Shown in pieces: positions 18,259-25,939 of a stretch of DNA of 36,478 nt (its first letter is position 1; the number at the start of each line of letters is the position of its first letter). This stretch comes from an uncultured Gemmatimonadota bacterium. Its GTDB lineage: Bacteria; Gemmatimonadota; Gemmatimonadetes; Palauibacterales; Palauibacteraceae. The notes under the pieces are model-generated. The model was not told the DNA's origin. It saw only the letters and a list, made by a program, of their open reading frames with translations, and did no database searches. The stretch lies in NCBI GenBank assembly GCA_964578925.1, contig CAZOEX010000001.1:1-36478 (forward strand), given 5' to 3'. A program made the translations under genes and the position numbers.

Positions 18259-18951
18259 TCAGATCCGGAGGGTCTCGGCGCCCGTACACTCCGCAATCAG
18301 AGTGTGATCGGTGCGCGCCCCTTCGAAGCGGGCGTCCGTCAGAGCGCAGGCGTTGAACGATGCCCAGGAAAGGTCCGCCTCCCGGAAATCCGCTCCGCGC
18401 AGATCGGCGCGGCTGAACGCGGCCGAGACGAGGCAGGCGTAGCGCAGGTCGGCCGCGACCAGATGCGTCCGGTTGAAGCGTCCTTCTCCCAGTTCCGCAC
18501 CGATGAAGCGGCAGGCCTCGAGCCTCGAACGGCTCAGGTCGGCACGTCCCATCGACGCATCACGGAAGTCCACTCCGGTCCCCGCCGCCATTCGGATCAC
18601 CGCGCGGGTGAGATCGGCGCGGCGAAAACGGGCATCGTCCAGGAGCACGCCCAGGAGTTTCGTGTCGACCAGCGTGGCCCCCTCGAGGTTCGCCCCTCGC
18701 AGATCGGCTCCGCTGACGTCTGCCCCGGTAAGGTCGGCGTCCCGCAGGTCGGCTCGCGAGAGGTCGGCCGAGCACAGATCCGCGCCCCGAAGATCCGCTC
18801 CACGGAGGTCCGAGTCCCCCAGTGCCGCGTGGTGCAGCTCTTCCAGGGCCAGCTCGCCGCCGTTCAGCGAATCCGCCGGCACCTCGATGATGAGCGCCCC
18901 CGTCTCCCGGTGCTCGATCCTGATCATTCCGGCCCCTCCCGGTCGCGTCAC
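18259..18951 (-). CDS. Pentapeptide-repeat protein (Qnr/MfpA-like right-handed beta-helix)
   Basis: 230 aa. Runs of A(D/N)LxG such as DLRGADLRGADLCSADLSRADLRDADLTGADVSGADLRGANLEGATL. Its stop codon directly abuts the anti-sigma stop (TGA TCA at 18256-18261). An alternative start is Met9 at 18927. Confidence 0.9.
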   Translation of the reverse strand: MTRPGGAGMIRIEHRETGALIIEVPADSLNGGELALEELHHAALGDSDLRGADLRGADLCSADLSRADLRDADLTGADVSGADLRGANLEGATLVDTKLLGVLLDDARFRRADLTRAVIRMAAGTGVDFRDASMGRADLSRSRLEACRFIGAELGEGRFNRTHLVAADLRYACLVSAAFSRADLRGADFREADLSWASFNACALTDARFEGARTDHTLIAECTGAETLRI

Positions 18952-19125
18952 CCGCCTCGGATGTCGAGTGCGGTCGGTCCAACATGGAGTTCCGTGCTGC
19001 GGTCGGAAACCACCGGTGGAACAATCCCGATTCGTCCGGCATTGGCCCGGCTGAATGGCGGAGCCTGGCCTCCGTCGACCGCCGCACCGGCGGCACCACG
19101 ATCAGACAGACTTAGGGAGGATCCG

Positions 19126-19875
19126 ATGATTCGGTACGAGGCAACGGCACCCGGGAGGCGGCGCATGCTGCACGGCATCGCAGGCGTCGTCGGTGCCCTG
19201 GCGCTGTTCGCGGGCTGCGAGACGTCCGCCGACCGGATGCGGGCCGACGCGATGGACGAGATGGATCAAATGCAGGACGGCGCCATGGACGCCATGGACG
19301 CCGACGAGATGGGCGACGGCATGGAGGATCAGATGCAGATCAGCTATGCCGACTGGCGCCCCGAGTTCACGGCCGACGGTCGGCTTCGGCTGCCCCCGGA
19401 TGCCGTGTGGCGTCTGTGGCCGCAGGTGGGCACGCCCCTGACCCCGAACGCCCTCAACGACGGCGAAGCACCCTTCCCGGAATTCCACCAGGTCTACATC
19501 GATCCGGTGAGCTGGGAGCACTGGCGAGAAACCAGTGAATTCCGTGAAGGAACCGTCCTGGCGAAAGAACTGGTCTCCGTACGCACGGAAGGCGCCATGC
19601 CCGACGGATCGACCCTCCAGGTGAGCGGCCGCGGCTACTTCATGGGCGACTTCATCGGGTTCGAGATCGCCTATAAGAGCGTTGCGCACTTCCCGGAAGC
19701 GCCCGGCAATTGGGCCTACTTCACCTTCGGCCACCATCCGCCCCCGTACGCCTCGGCCACCGGTGCCCAGCCACTCGACCAGTGCAGCTCGTGTCACCAG
19801 GCATCGGCCGCGGAGGACTTCGTCTTCACCCAGTTCTATCCGATCCTTCGGTGGGCGAAGGGAGAGGGCGGCTGA
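19126..19875 (+). CDS. Cytochrome P460-family lipoprotein with a Met/Asp-rich N-terminal linker
   Basis: SD AGGGAGG 5 nt upstream of the ATG at 19126. Lipobox LALFAGC. FPEFHQVYIDPVSWEHWRETSEFREGTVLAKELV plus the C-terminal heme c site CSSCH and FTQFYP resemble the cytochrome P460 family. Confidence 0.7.
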   Translation: MIRYEATAPGRRRMLHGIAGVVGALALFAGCETSADRMRADAMDEMDQMQDGAMDAMDADEMGDGMEDQMQISYADWRPEFTADGRLRLPPDAVWRLWPQVGTPLTPNALNDGEAPFPEFHQVYIDPVSWEHWRETSEFREGTVLAKELVSVRTEGAMPDGSTLQVSGRGYFMGDFIGFEIAYKSVAHFPEAPGNWAYFTFGHHPPPYASATGAQPLDQCSSCHQASAAEDFVFTQFYPILRWAKGEGG

Positions 19876-20020
19876 GCGAACCCGTTCGCGAGCGTAAGAG
19901 CTTCGAGGTCACGGGGCAGCGGATCGAGTTCCTGGCCGATGAGGACCGAGGACATCCGATTCCTCGTTGTGGCGCTCGACCCCCTCCAGCCCGTACACCC
20001 ACAATACCTGCCGAGTTGGA

Positions 20021-20050
20021 ACGCCCCGTTCCGGTCGGGGAACGGGGCGT
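20021..20050. terminator. Perfect 12-bp stem / 6-nt loop GC-rich hairpin between convergent genes (candidate bidirectional intrinsic terminator)
   Basis: ACGCCCCGTTCC GGTCGG GGAACGGGGCGT. Located between the P460 stop (19875) and the SRPBCC copy-2 stop (20064). No U-tract on either side. Confidence 0.5.
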
Positions 20051-20063
20051 GGCTCGTGGGTGC

Positions 20064-20504
20064 TCAGTCCTCGGCCCGGCGCTCGATCTTGTCGATGTGA
20101 TCGGTCCATCCCTCCCGCATGCCTTCTCGCATGTCCTCCGGGAGCGGCCCGTATGCGCTGTGAACGAAGCGAAGGGTGGTCACGCCGTCTACTTCCTTCA
20201 GGCGGTACTGCACATTGTTGCTCACCGGGGCCGACATGAACAGCGGCCCGGTCAGCTCGAACAGGGTCGGCGGACGAATCGCCTGGACGTGCGCCCATAG
20301 ATGACCGGCGTCGTCGCCAAGGTCGCGATACCAGCGCCCACCCGGAAAACACTCGATCTCGAGCGACAAATACTCGTCGTTCTCCCCTCCGAATCCCGGC
20401 CCCACCTCGTGAAGCATTGCCTCCCAGACGTCCCCGATCGGGGCCTCGACGCGGCGCTCCAGTTCGATGCGGAACTCCAGCTCCGTAGCTACGGGTACGG
20501 TCAT
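20064..20504 (-). CDS. SRPBCC-superfamily (AHSA1-like) protein, copy 2
   Basis: 146 aa, colinear with copy 1. By hand count about 21 substitutions in 146 residues. Confidence 0.85.
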   Translation of the reverse strand: MTVPVATELEFRIELERRVEAPIGDVWEAMLHEVGPGFGGENDEYLSLEIECFPGGRWYRDLGDDAGHLWAHVQAIRPPTLFELTGPLFMSAPVSNNVQYRLKEVDGVTTLRFVHSAYGPLPEDMREGMREGWTDHIDKIERRAED

Positions 20505-20865
20505 GATCCCTTCTCCTCGTTCTGTGGTGTTCGTTGCGTTCGTCGGGCACGAGCCTCCGCCCGCTCCTTGATCGAATCCAGGTGTCCTTCCCAGAGCCGC
20601 TCGCACTTCTCGACCCAGTTCCGCACCGGTGACAGCGCATCCGGATCCGCCGAATACAGGCGTCGGCGTCCGTCGCGTCTCACGCTCACCAGGTCCACCT
20701 CCCGCAGGATTCGCAGGTGCTTGGACACCGACGGCTGATCGATCTCCAGCGCGTCCACCACCTCGTTCACCGCGTGCTCCCCCGTGCAGATGAGCTCGAG
20801 GATGGCGCGACGGCGGGGTCGGCGATCGCGTTGTAGACGTCGGAGTCGGCGGCTGCTCGTGCCAT
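20501..20865 (-). pseudogene. ArsR/SmtB-family regulator, copy 2, with a 1-nt deletion near codon 16. An intact 130-aa ORF exists only if translation starts at the out-of-frame upstream ATG at 20893
   Basis: MARAAADSDVYNAIADP (ATG 20865) is in one frame. RRRAILELICTGEHAVNEVVDALEIDQPSVSKHLRILREV... (stop 20501) is in another. Copy 1 reads GGGGTTCGGCGATCGC where copy 2 reads GGGGTCGGCGATCGC (about 20816-20825). Confidence 0.65.
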
Positions 20866-20900
20866 GAAGGACAATATATTCGTATATAGGCATATGTAAC
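20866..20900 (-). promoter_or_regulatory. Degenerate paralog of the ArsR promoter/operator (GTTACA-N16-TATATT-N7-ATG)
   Basis: Minus strand: GTTACA TATGCCTATATACGAA TATATT GTCCTTC ATG. Aligns position for position with the copy-1 promoter and shares the AATATATT palindrome and GGCATATG. Confidence 0.35.
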
Positions 20901-21019
20901 TACGGCGTATGGCTGGTGTGCGTGTCACCGAGTCCGTCGGTTTGCTGCCGCCGGTGGCCGCTACTATCCTCCCCGGTGGAATAGCGGTCGCACCAGCGCT
21001 TCGGCGGAAGGAGGCAACC

Positions 21020-21493
21020 ATGTCGAAGGCCCTTTCGTTCCTTAGCCCCGCAGTGCTCACCCTGGCTCTCACGCCCTCCGGCCTGGCCGGTCAGGAGGCC
21101 GAAACGGGTCATCACGTCACTCCCGATGCCGTCGCCTTCGAGCCCTTCCCTGCCGAGCGCGACGCCCAGATCGCGATACTTCACGGCGATCCCTCGGAGG
21201 CCGGCCACTACATCCTCCGTCTCAAGTTCGCCCCGAACTGGAACGGCCGTCCGCACCGGCATGGCGGTGACGAGCTGATCACGATCCAGTCCGGCACCTG
21301 TTTTATCGCTCATGGTGACGATCTGACCCGTGATGCCGCGGCGGAGCTGCCGGCCGGATCGTTCGCGAGAATCCCCGCAGGCACTCCCATGCGAGGCTTC
21401 AGCGGGGACGAGGGCTGCGTGGCGGACGTCCAGGGACATGGCCCGTTCACGACGGAGTATCTGGACGAGACGGAGGACGACGGCCAGGACTGA
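21020..21493 (+). CDS. Secreted cupin-domain protein
   Basis: SD GGAAGGAGG. Signal peptide MSKALSFLSPAVLTLALTPSGLAGQ. Cupin motif RPHRHGGDELITIQSGT ... ARIPAGTPM. Confidence 0.65.
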   Translation: MSKALSFLSPAVLTLALTPSGLAGQEAETGHHVTPDAVAFEPFPAERDAQIAILHGDPSEAGHYILRLKFAPNWNGRPHRHGGDELITIQSGTCFIAHGDDLTRDAAAELPAGSFARIPAGTPMRGFSGDEGCVADVQGHGPFTTEYLDETEDDGQD

Positions 21494-21896
21494 ACGACTC
21501 GGCCTGCCACAGCAGCAGCGCCGCCGCGCAGGCCGAGAACACGGAATAGTCCAGGGGCTCCTTGACGCCGAACGAGATTGCCATCGCGATTCCGAACAGG
21601 GCCAGAAGCCCCGCGCTGGCCAGGGCGGCCCCACGGATCCACAGCCCGGCGACGAGCGCCAGCCCAAGCGCCAGCTCCGCCACCGTGGCGGCCCAGGCGA
21701 GATACGGAATCATGGATGCCGGCAAGAAGGCGTTCACCTGTGCCGTGTAGGTGACGAAATTCTCGAAGTTGCCGTATCCGACCCCTTCGCCCCACCAGCC
21801 GAACCGCGACGCGATACCCGACAGGAAGGCGGCTCCTAGGGCCAGGCGGGCGAACAGCGCCACGTGGCGTTCCGTGCGACCGGGGTCCGATCTCAT
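21447..21896 (-). CDS. DoxX-family membrane protein
   Basis: ATGA overlap with the upstream cupin gene. ALFARLALGAAFLSGIASRFG ... PYLAWAATVAELALGLALVAGLWIRGAALASAGLLALFGIAM is a typical DoxX 4-TM pattern. The 3' end overlaps the convergent cupin gene by 47 nt. Confidence 0.75.
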   Translation of the reverse strand: MRSDPGRTERHVALFARLALGAAFLSGIASRFGWWGEGVGYGNFENFVTYTAQVNAFLPASMIPYLAWAATVAELALGLALVAGLWIRGAALASAGLLALFGIAMAISFGVKEPLDYSVFSACAAALLLWQAESFSPGRRPPSRPDTPS

Positions 21897-22351
21897 TCGT
21901 CGACCGGCACCGTTCGAGGTCCGGGATCGTCGCACACGAAATGGGCCACGAACCGGACCGGCTCCGTGTCGCTGGCGTTGGCCGACACGAGGTGGTCGGA
22001 GAACGGACGCTCGTAGAAGCTGTCACCCGCCTCGTACACTACGCCCTCGTTCCCGCGTACCCGGAAGCGGAGCGCGCCGTCCGCCACGTATCCGAACACG
22101 GGGCAGCGGTGCCGGTGCGGTGCTGAGGACTCCCCCGGTCCGTAGGTCACCTCGACGGCGGTCAGCAGGAGCCGATCCCCGTCGAGCAAGGGAAGCCGGC
22201 GGACGAGTGTGACGCGCCCGTGTTTCCCGGCGGTATCGTCCGGGACGGTAGCCGCGTCGTTCTCCCGGGTCCCGCGCTCGGTCCCGCAGGACGCCGCGAA
22301 CGCCACCACGCCCAGCACGAGGAGCGCGGCGCTTCGTCCCATGCCGATCAT
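21893..22351 (-). CDS. Cupin-domain lipoprotein
   Basis: 152 aa from the ATG at 22351 (ATGA overlap with the EamA stop). Lipobox VAFAASC. Cupin core GESSAPHRHRCPVFGYVADGALRF...YEAGDSFYERP. Confidence 0.65.
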   Translation of the reverse strand: MIGMGRSAALLVLGVVAFAASCGTERGTRENDAATVPDDTAGKHGRVTLVRRLPLLDGDRLLLTAVEVTYGPGESSAPHRHRCPVFGYVADGALRFRVRGNEGVVYEAGDSFYERPFSDHLVSANASDTEPVRFVAHFVCDDPGPRTVPVDE

Positions 22352-23250
22352 CGTGATACCTCCCGGGTGTCGATCGACCTCGGACGCCACGGGAGCCTCA
22401 CCTCGTTCACGAGGACCATGCTGACGAGGACGAGGGCGAGACCCGCGGCCATGCCACCGGTCAGCGGCTCCCCGAGAAACACGACGCCCCACAGGATGCC
22501 GAATCCCGGGATCAGGTACGTGACGGTCGTCACCTTCGTGGGCCCCACCCGCTCGAGCAGGCGGAAATAGAGGAGGTAGGCCAGCGCCGTGCAGATCACG
22601 CCGAGGGCCAGGAGCGCCAGCCAGGCGTCCCGGGGCGGTACCGCGCTCGGTGCCCAGACGAGCGTCGGAACGGCCAGCCAGGCCACGGCACCCACCTGCT
22701 GGCCAAGGGCGAGCGTATAGGTCGGCACGCCGGCGAGTCGGACACGCGCGTAGATCCCCGCCGCCGCGTAGCCCGCGGACGCCGCGAGCATCGCGACGAC
22801 GGCCAGTGCCACCGGGAGCGTGAAGGGGATCGGGCTCCAGCCGACGAGCACGGCGACTCCCGCGATGCCCAGGAACAGGCCGACCGTTCGGGCCGGCGTG
22901 AACCGCTCGTTCATCCAGGGCACGGCGAAGACGGCGGCGAATAACGGCGTGGTGGAGTTCAGCACGGCGGCGAACGAAGCCGTGATGTGGAGCTCGGCCG
23001 CCGAAATGAGCACGAAGGGCACGGCTGCGTTCAGCAGTGCCAGCATCAGCAATCGTCCGGCGATCGGCCGGAGTTCGACCCGGCGCCGGAAGGCGACTGT
23101 GAATCCCCCCAGGAGGAGCGCACCGAGGGCCACCCGTCCCCCCACCAGGGCCGCCGGCCCAAACGCCGGTACGGCGACCCGGATGAACAGATATGAGCTT
23201 CCCCACACGGCGGCGAGCACCACGAGCGTCAGCAGGTCTAGCAGTTTCAT
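22348..23250 (-). CDS. EamA/DMT-superfamily transporter (10 TM)
   Basis: 300 aa from the ATG at 23250. LAAVWGSSYLFIRVAV and a duplicated EamA pattern. Divergent from a MocR regulator. Confidence 0.85.
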   Translation of the reverse strand: MKLLDLLTLVVLAAVWGSSYLFIRVAVPAFGPAALVGGRVALGALLLGGFTVAFRRRVELRPIAGRLLMLALLNAAVPFVLISAAELHITASFAAVLNSTTPLFAAVFAVPWMNERFTPARTVGLFLGIAGVAVLVGWSPIPFTLPVALAVVAMLAASAGYAAAGIYARVRLAGVPTYTLALGQQVGAVAWLAVPTLVWAPSAVPPRDAWLALLALGVICTALAYLLYFRLLERVGPTKVTTVTYLIPGFGILWGVVFLGEPLTGGMAAGLALVLVSMVLVNEVRLPWRPRSIDTREVSR

Positions 23251-23256
23251 GGGAAA

Positions 23257-23285
23257 GAAGCTAGCTTCGTTTGGTATACTAACAA
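23257..23285 (-). promoter_or_regulatory. Candidate leaderless promoter (TTGTTA-N16-TAGCTT-N7-ATG) overlapped by a perfect 12-bp palindrome GAAGCTAGCTTC (23257-23268); candidate MocR operator
   Basis: Minus strand: TTGTTA GTATACCAAACGAAGC TAGCTT CTTTCCC ATG. A second near-palindrome TTGGTATACTAA lies at 23271-23282. This is the only AT-rich stretch in the 53-bp divergent intergenic region. Confidence 0.35.
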
Positions 23286-23303
23286 GATCCAAATCAGCCA
23301 TAT

Positions 23304-24875
23304 ATGACCAGACCAAAACAGCGCGGGCGAACCTCCGGGGCGCCACCGCTCCTGCTCCCGATCGACAGGCACGCCGAACGCCCGCTGTACGAGCAGGTCT
23401 ACGCCGGCCTGCGGGATGCGATTCTCGACGGCCGTCTCGCGCCGGGCGCCCGGCTTCCCTCGACACGTGAGCTGGCCGCGGATCTGGACATCTCGCGAAG
23501 CACGGTCGTGCAGGCCTTCGATCAGCTCCGTCTCGAGGGGTACACGGACGGACGCCGGGGAGGCGGAACACACGTTCGCGAGGAGATCCCGGACCGCCTC
23601 CTGAGAGCTTCGGCGACGGCGATCCGCCGAGGCCACGACGGCAGGCGTGCGTCCGGAACTGCGGCGAAGCCCGGAAAGCCGGATGCTCTCCCTCTGTCCG
23701 GGCGCGGGCGTCTGCTGCTCGACACGGGGAGCAACTTCCGAAGCCTGGCCGGGACGCCGGCCGTGCCCTTCGAGCTTGGCATACCCGCCACGGACGCTTT
23801 CCCCGAACGGATGTGGGCCCGTCTCGCGAGCCGGCTCTGGCGGTCAGGTCAGGTCCCGCTGACCGCCAGTGATCCGGCCGGACACCCCGCGCTCCGCCGC
23901 GCGGTGGCAGAGTACGTTGGGCAGGCGCGGGCCGGACGGTGCACGGCCGAGCGGGTGCTGATTACCAACGGGGCCCAGCAGGCGCTCGATATCGTCGCGC
24001 GGGTGCTGCTCGATCCCGGGGACGCCGCCTGGATCGAGGACCCCGGGTACTTCGGAGCCCGTCTGGTGCTGACGGCCGCCGGCGCGCGCCTCGTTCCCGT
24101 GCCCGTGGACGACGAGGGCCTCGACGTGGCCGCCGGTGAGCGAACAGAGCCGGACGCCCGAGTCGCGTACGTCACCCCCTCTCACCAGTTTCCGCTCGGC
24201 GTCGTGATGAGCGCCCCACGCCGGCTCGAGCTCCTGGCGTGGGCGGAACGGCGCGGCACCTGGATCGTCGAGGACGACTACGACTCCGAGTTCCGCTACG
24301 AGGGCCGACCGCTGCCGTGCCTGCAGGGCCTCGAGGCACAGCGCCTCGGTGAACGTGAGTCGTCCCGGGTCCTGTATGTCGGCACGTTCAGCAAGACCCT
24401 CGTGCCGGGCCTACGGCTCGGATATCTGGTGGTCCCCGATCGGCTCGTCGATGCCTTCCGCACCGCGCGCGCCGTGCTCGACGGTCACACGCCGGCGGCC
24501 GGACAGGCGGTACTCGCCGAGTTCATCGACGAGGGACACTACACCCGGCATCTTCGCCGCGTGCGCGCCCTGTGCGCCGAGCGGCAGGCCGCACTCATGG
24601 ACGCCGCGGAAGCGGAGCTGAGCGGCCTGCTGTCGCTCGAGCCCGATCCGGCCGGCCTGCACGTGGTGGGTCAACTCGAAGCGGAGTTGCTCGAACGCGA
24701 AGTCGTGGAAGCGGCCGCGTCGGAGGAGGTCGTCGTCACGCCGCTGTCTCGATACTACCTGACCCCATCGGGCCGATGTCCGGGCCGGCTGCTCCTCGGC
24801 TATGCGGGCTTCGATTCCGATCGCATCCGGTCCGCCACCGCGTCCCTCGGGCGGGCGCTCAAGACTCTCGCCTGA
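23304..24875 (+). CDS. MocR/PdxR-type regulator: GntR winged-helix domain fused to a PLP-dependent fold-type-I aminotransferase-like domain
   Basis: RPLYEQVYAGLRDAILDGRLAPGARLPSTRELAADLDISRSTVVQAFDQLRLEGY (GntR HTH), followed by an aminotransferase-like domain with the PLP-lysine context YVGTFSKTLVPGLRLGY. Confidence 0.9.
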   Translation: MTRPKQRGRTSGAPPLLLPIDRHAERPLYEQVYAGLRDAILDGRLAPGARLPSTRELAADLDISRSTVVQAFDQLRLEGYTDGRRGGGTHVREEIPDRLLRASATAIRRGHDGRRASGTAAKPGKPDALPLSGRGRLLLDTGSNFRSLAGTPAVPFELGIPATDAFPERMWARLASRLWRSGQVPLTASDPAGHPALRRAVAEYVGQARAGRCTAERVLITNGAQQALDIVARVLLDPGDAAWIEDPGYFGARLVLTAAGARLVPVPVDDEGLDVAAGERTEPDARVAYVTPSHQFPLGVVMSAPRRLELLAWAERRGTWIVEDDYDSEFRYEGRPLPCLQGLEAQRLGERESSRVLYVGTFSKTLVPGLRLGYLVVPDRLVDAFRTARAVLDGHTPAAGQAVLAEFIDEGHYTRHLRRVRALCAERQAALMDAAEAELSGLLSLEPDPAGLHVVGQLEAELLEREVVEAAASEEVVVTPLSRYYLTPSGRCPGRLLLGYAGFDSDRIRSATASLGRALKTLA

Positions 24876-24898
24876 GAGCAGTGCTTCATCGTGAATCC

Positions 24899-24954
24899 CG
24901 TCAGTGTACCGATCGAATGCCGGCCGACCGTCGCCGCCGGTCGCTCCACTGACG
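24899..24954. terminator. Nested inverted repeats between convergent genes (weak terminator candidate)
   Basis: Outer CGTCAGTG (24899-24906) pairs with CACTGACG (24947-24954). Inner CGACCG-N7-CGGTCG. Lies between the MocR stop (24875) and the BNR stop (24962). Confidence 0.3.
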
Positions 24955-24961
24955 GCCGGCG

Positions 24962-25939
24962 TCAGCCTCCCGTAATCGCCAGCCCCCGGAGCCAGTCGGG
25001 TCGTCTCGGGTATCCGGCGATCGGGTCCCAGCTCCGTCCCGAGTCGCGCGATCGATGGATGCCGCGCTCGTCGGCGGCCAGGAATCCGCCGCCCACCGGA
25101 TCGGCCAGGAGCAGCGGCGCGATCGTCTCCGGCGGATCCGGCCAACCCGAGGTGATCCGCGCCCATCGGCCCGTCCCTTCGCGCCGGTAGAGCCGGCCGT
25201 CGGACCGGCCGGCGACGTACGCGGAACGAGGGCCCGAGGACGCCGACACGACCACGACGGCCGGATCGTCGGGCTCGACGGCGACGCTACGGAGGTAGCC
25301 GACATCCAGTCCCTCCATCGGCGAGCTCCAGCTGCGGCCGCGGTCGCGGCTCTCGAAGTAGCCGTCGCCGGCGGAAACCCGGCAATAATCAGGCGCCTCG
25401 GGATGGATCGCGAGCTCATGCGTATCGTATGGGCCGTCCGGGACGCGATCCTCCCAGGTCCGCCCACCGTCCGGAGTCGAGATCAGGGCGCCCGCCTCGA
25501 TCGCGAGCCAGAGGCGCCCGTGATCGTTCGGATGACAGGCGATCCAGCGCACGTGGTGCGTCTCGGGCCGGGGTGGAAAGGCCCACTCCGAGGAGGACGG
25601 AAGCTTCAGAAGTCCCTCGCGCCGCTCCCACGTCGCTCCCCCGTCTTCGGTGCGCCAGAGCGTGCTCGGCTCAGTTCCCGCCCAGGCGACATCGTCGCGC
25701 ACGGGATCGAGGGCCAGCGCGGTGATGTGCTCGTTCGTCAGACCGGCCGCGGTCCACGATCGGCCTCCGTCGTCGCTGCGGAAGACGCCGCCGTCTTCCG
25801 TACCGCACCAGGCCGGTACCCCCGCCCGCCCGTCCGCGGCGAGGCACGAGGGCCGGCGCGCGTCCACGCCCATGGCCTCGACCAACCGGGTGGATTGCGT
25901 ACTGCTCCCGGGATCCAGCCAGTAGACGGCGTCGTTCAC
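24962..25939 (-). CDS. BNR/Asp-box repeat beta-propeller protein (sialidase/Ycf48-like fold), apparently cytoplasmic
   Basis: Five Asp-boxes: SDDGGRSW, TEDGGATW, TPDGGRTW, SRDRGRSW, SRDSGRSW. GTG start with no well-spaced SD, so the start is uncertain. Confidence 0.8.
   Translation of the reverse strand: MNDAVYWLDPGSSTQSTRLVEAMGVDARRPSCLAADGRAGVPAWCGTEDGGVFRSDDGGRSWTAAGLTNEHITALALDPVRDDVAWAGTEPSTLWRTEDGGATWERREGLLKLPSSSEWAFPPRPETHHVRWIACHPNDHGRLWLAIEAGALISTPDGGRTWEDRVPDGPYDTHELAIHPEAPDYCRVSAGDGYFESRDRGRSWSSPMEGLDVGYLRSVAVEPDDPAVVVVSASSGPRSAYVAGRSDGRLYRREGTGRWARITSGWPDPPETIAPLLLADPVGGGFLAADERGIHRSRDSGRSWDPIAGYPRRPDWLRGLAITGG

Noticed and set aside
18259-18951. 15-nt periodic repetition that could be mistaken for a repeat array or CRISPR
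   Set aside because: The periodicity is the coding signature of pentapeptide (A(D/N)LxX) repeats within one intact ORF. There are no spacers and no cas genes.
19940-20101. A 53-codon ATG ORF, and an apparent protein-like minus-strand reading, in the 188-bp gap after the P460 gene
   Set aside because: There is no SD and no recognisable motif, and it spans the strong hairpin at 20021-20050. The region is better explained as 3' UTR and terminator.
14906-20900. Interpreting the duplicated ArsR-SRPBCC flanks as a composite transposon or integrative element
   Set aside because: There is no transposase, integrase, tRNA target or terminal inverted repeats. The repeats are whole regulatory gene modules and are substantially diverged. 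I kept it only as a segmental-duplication observation.
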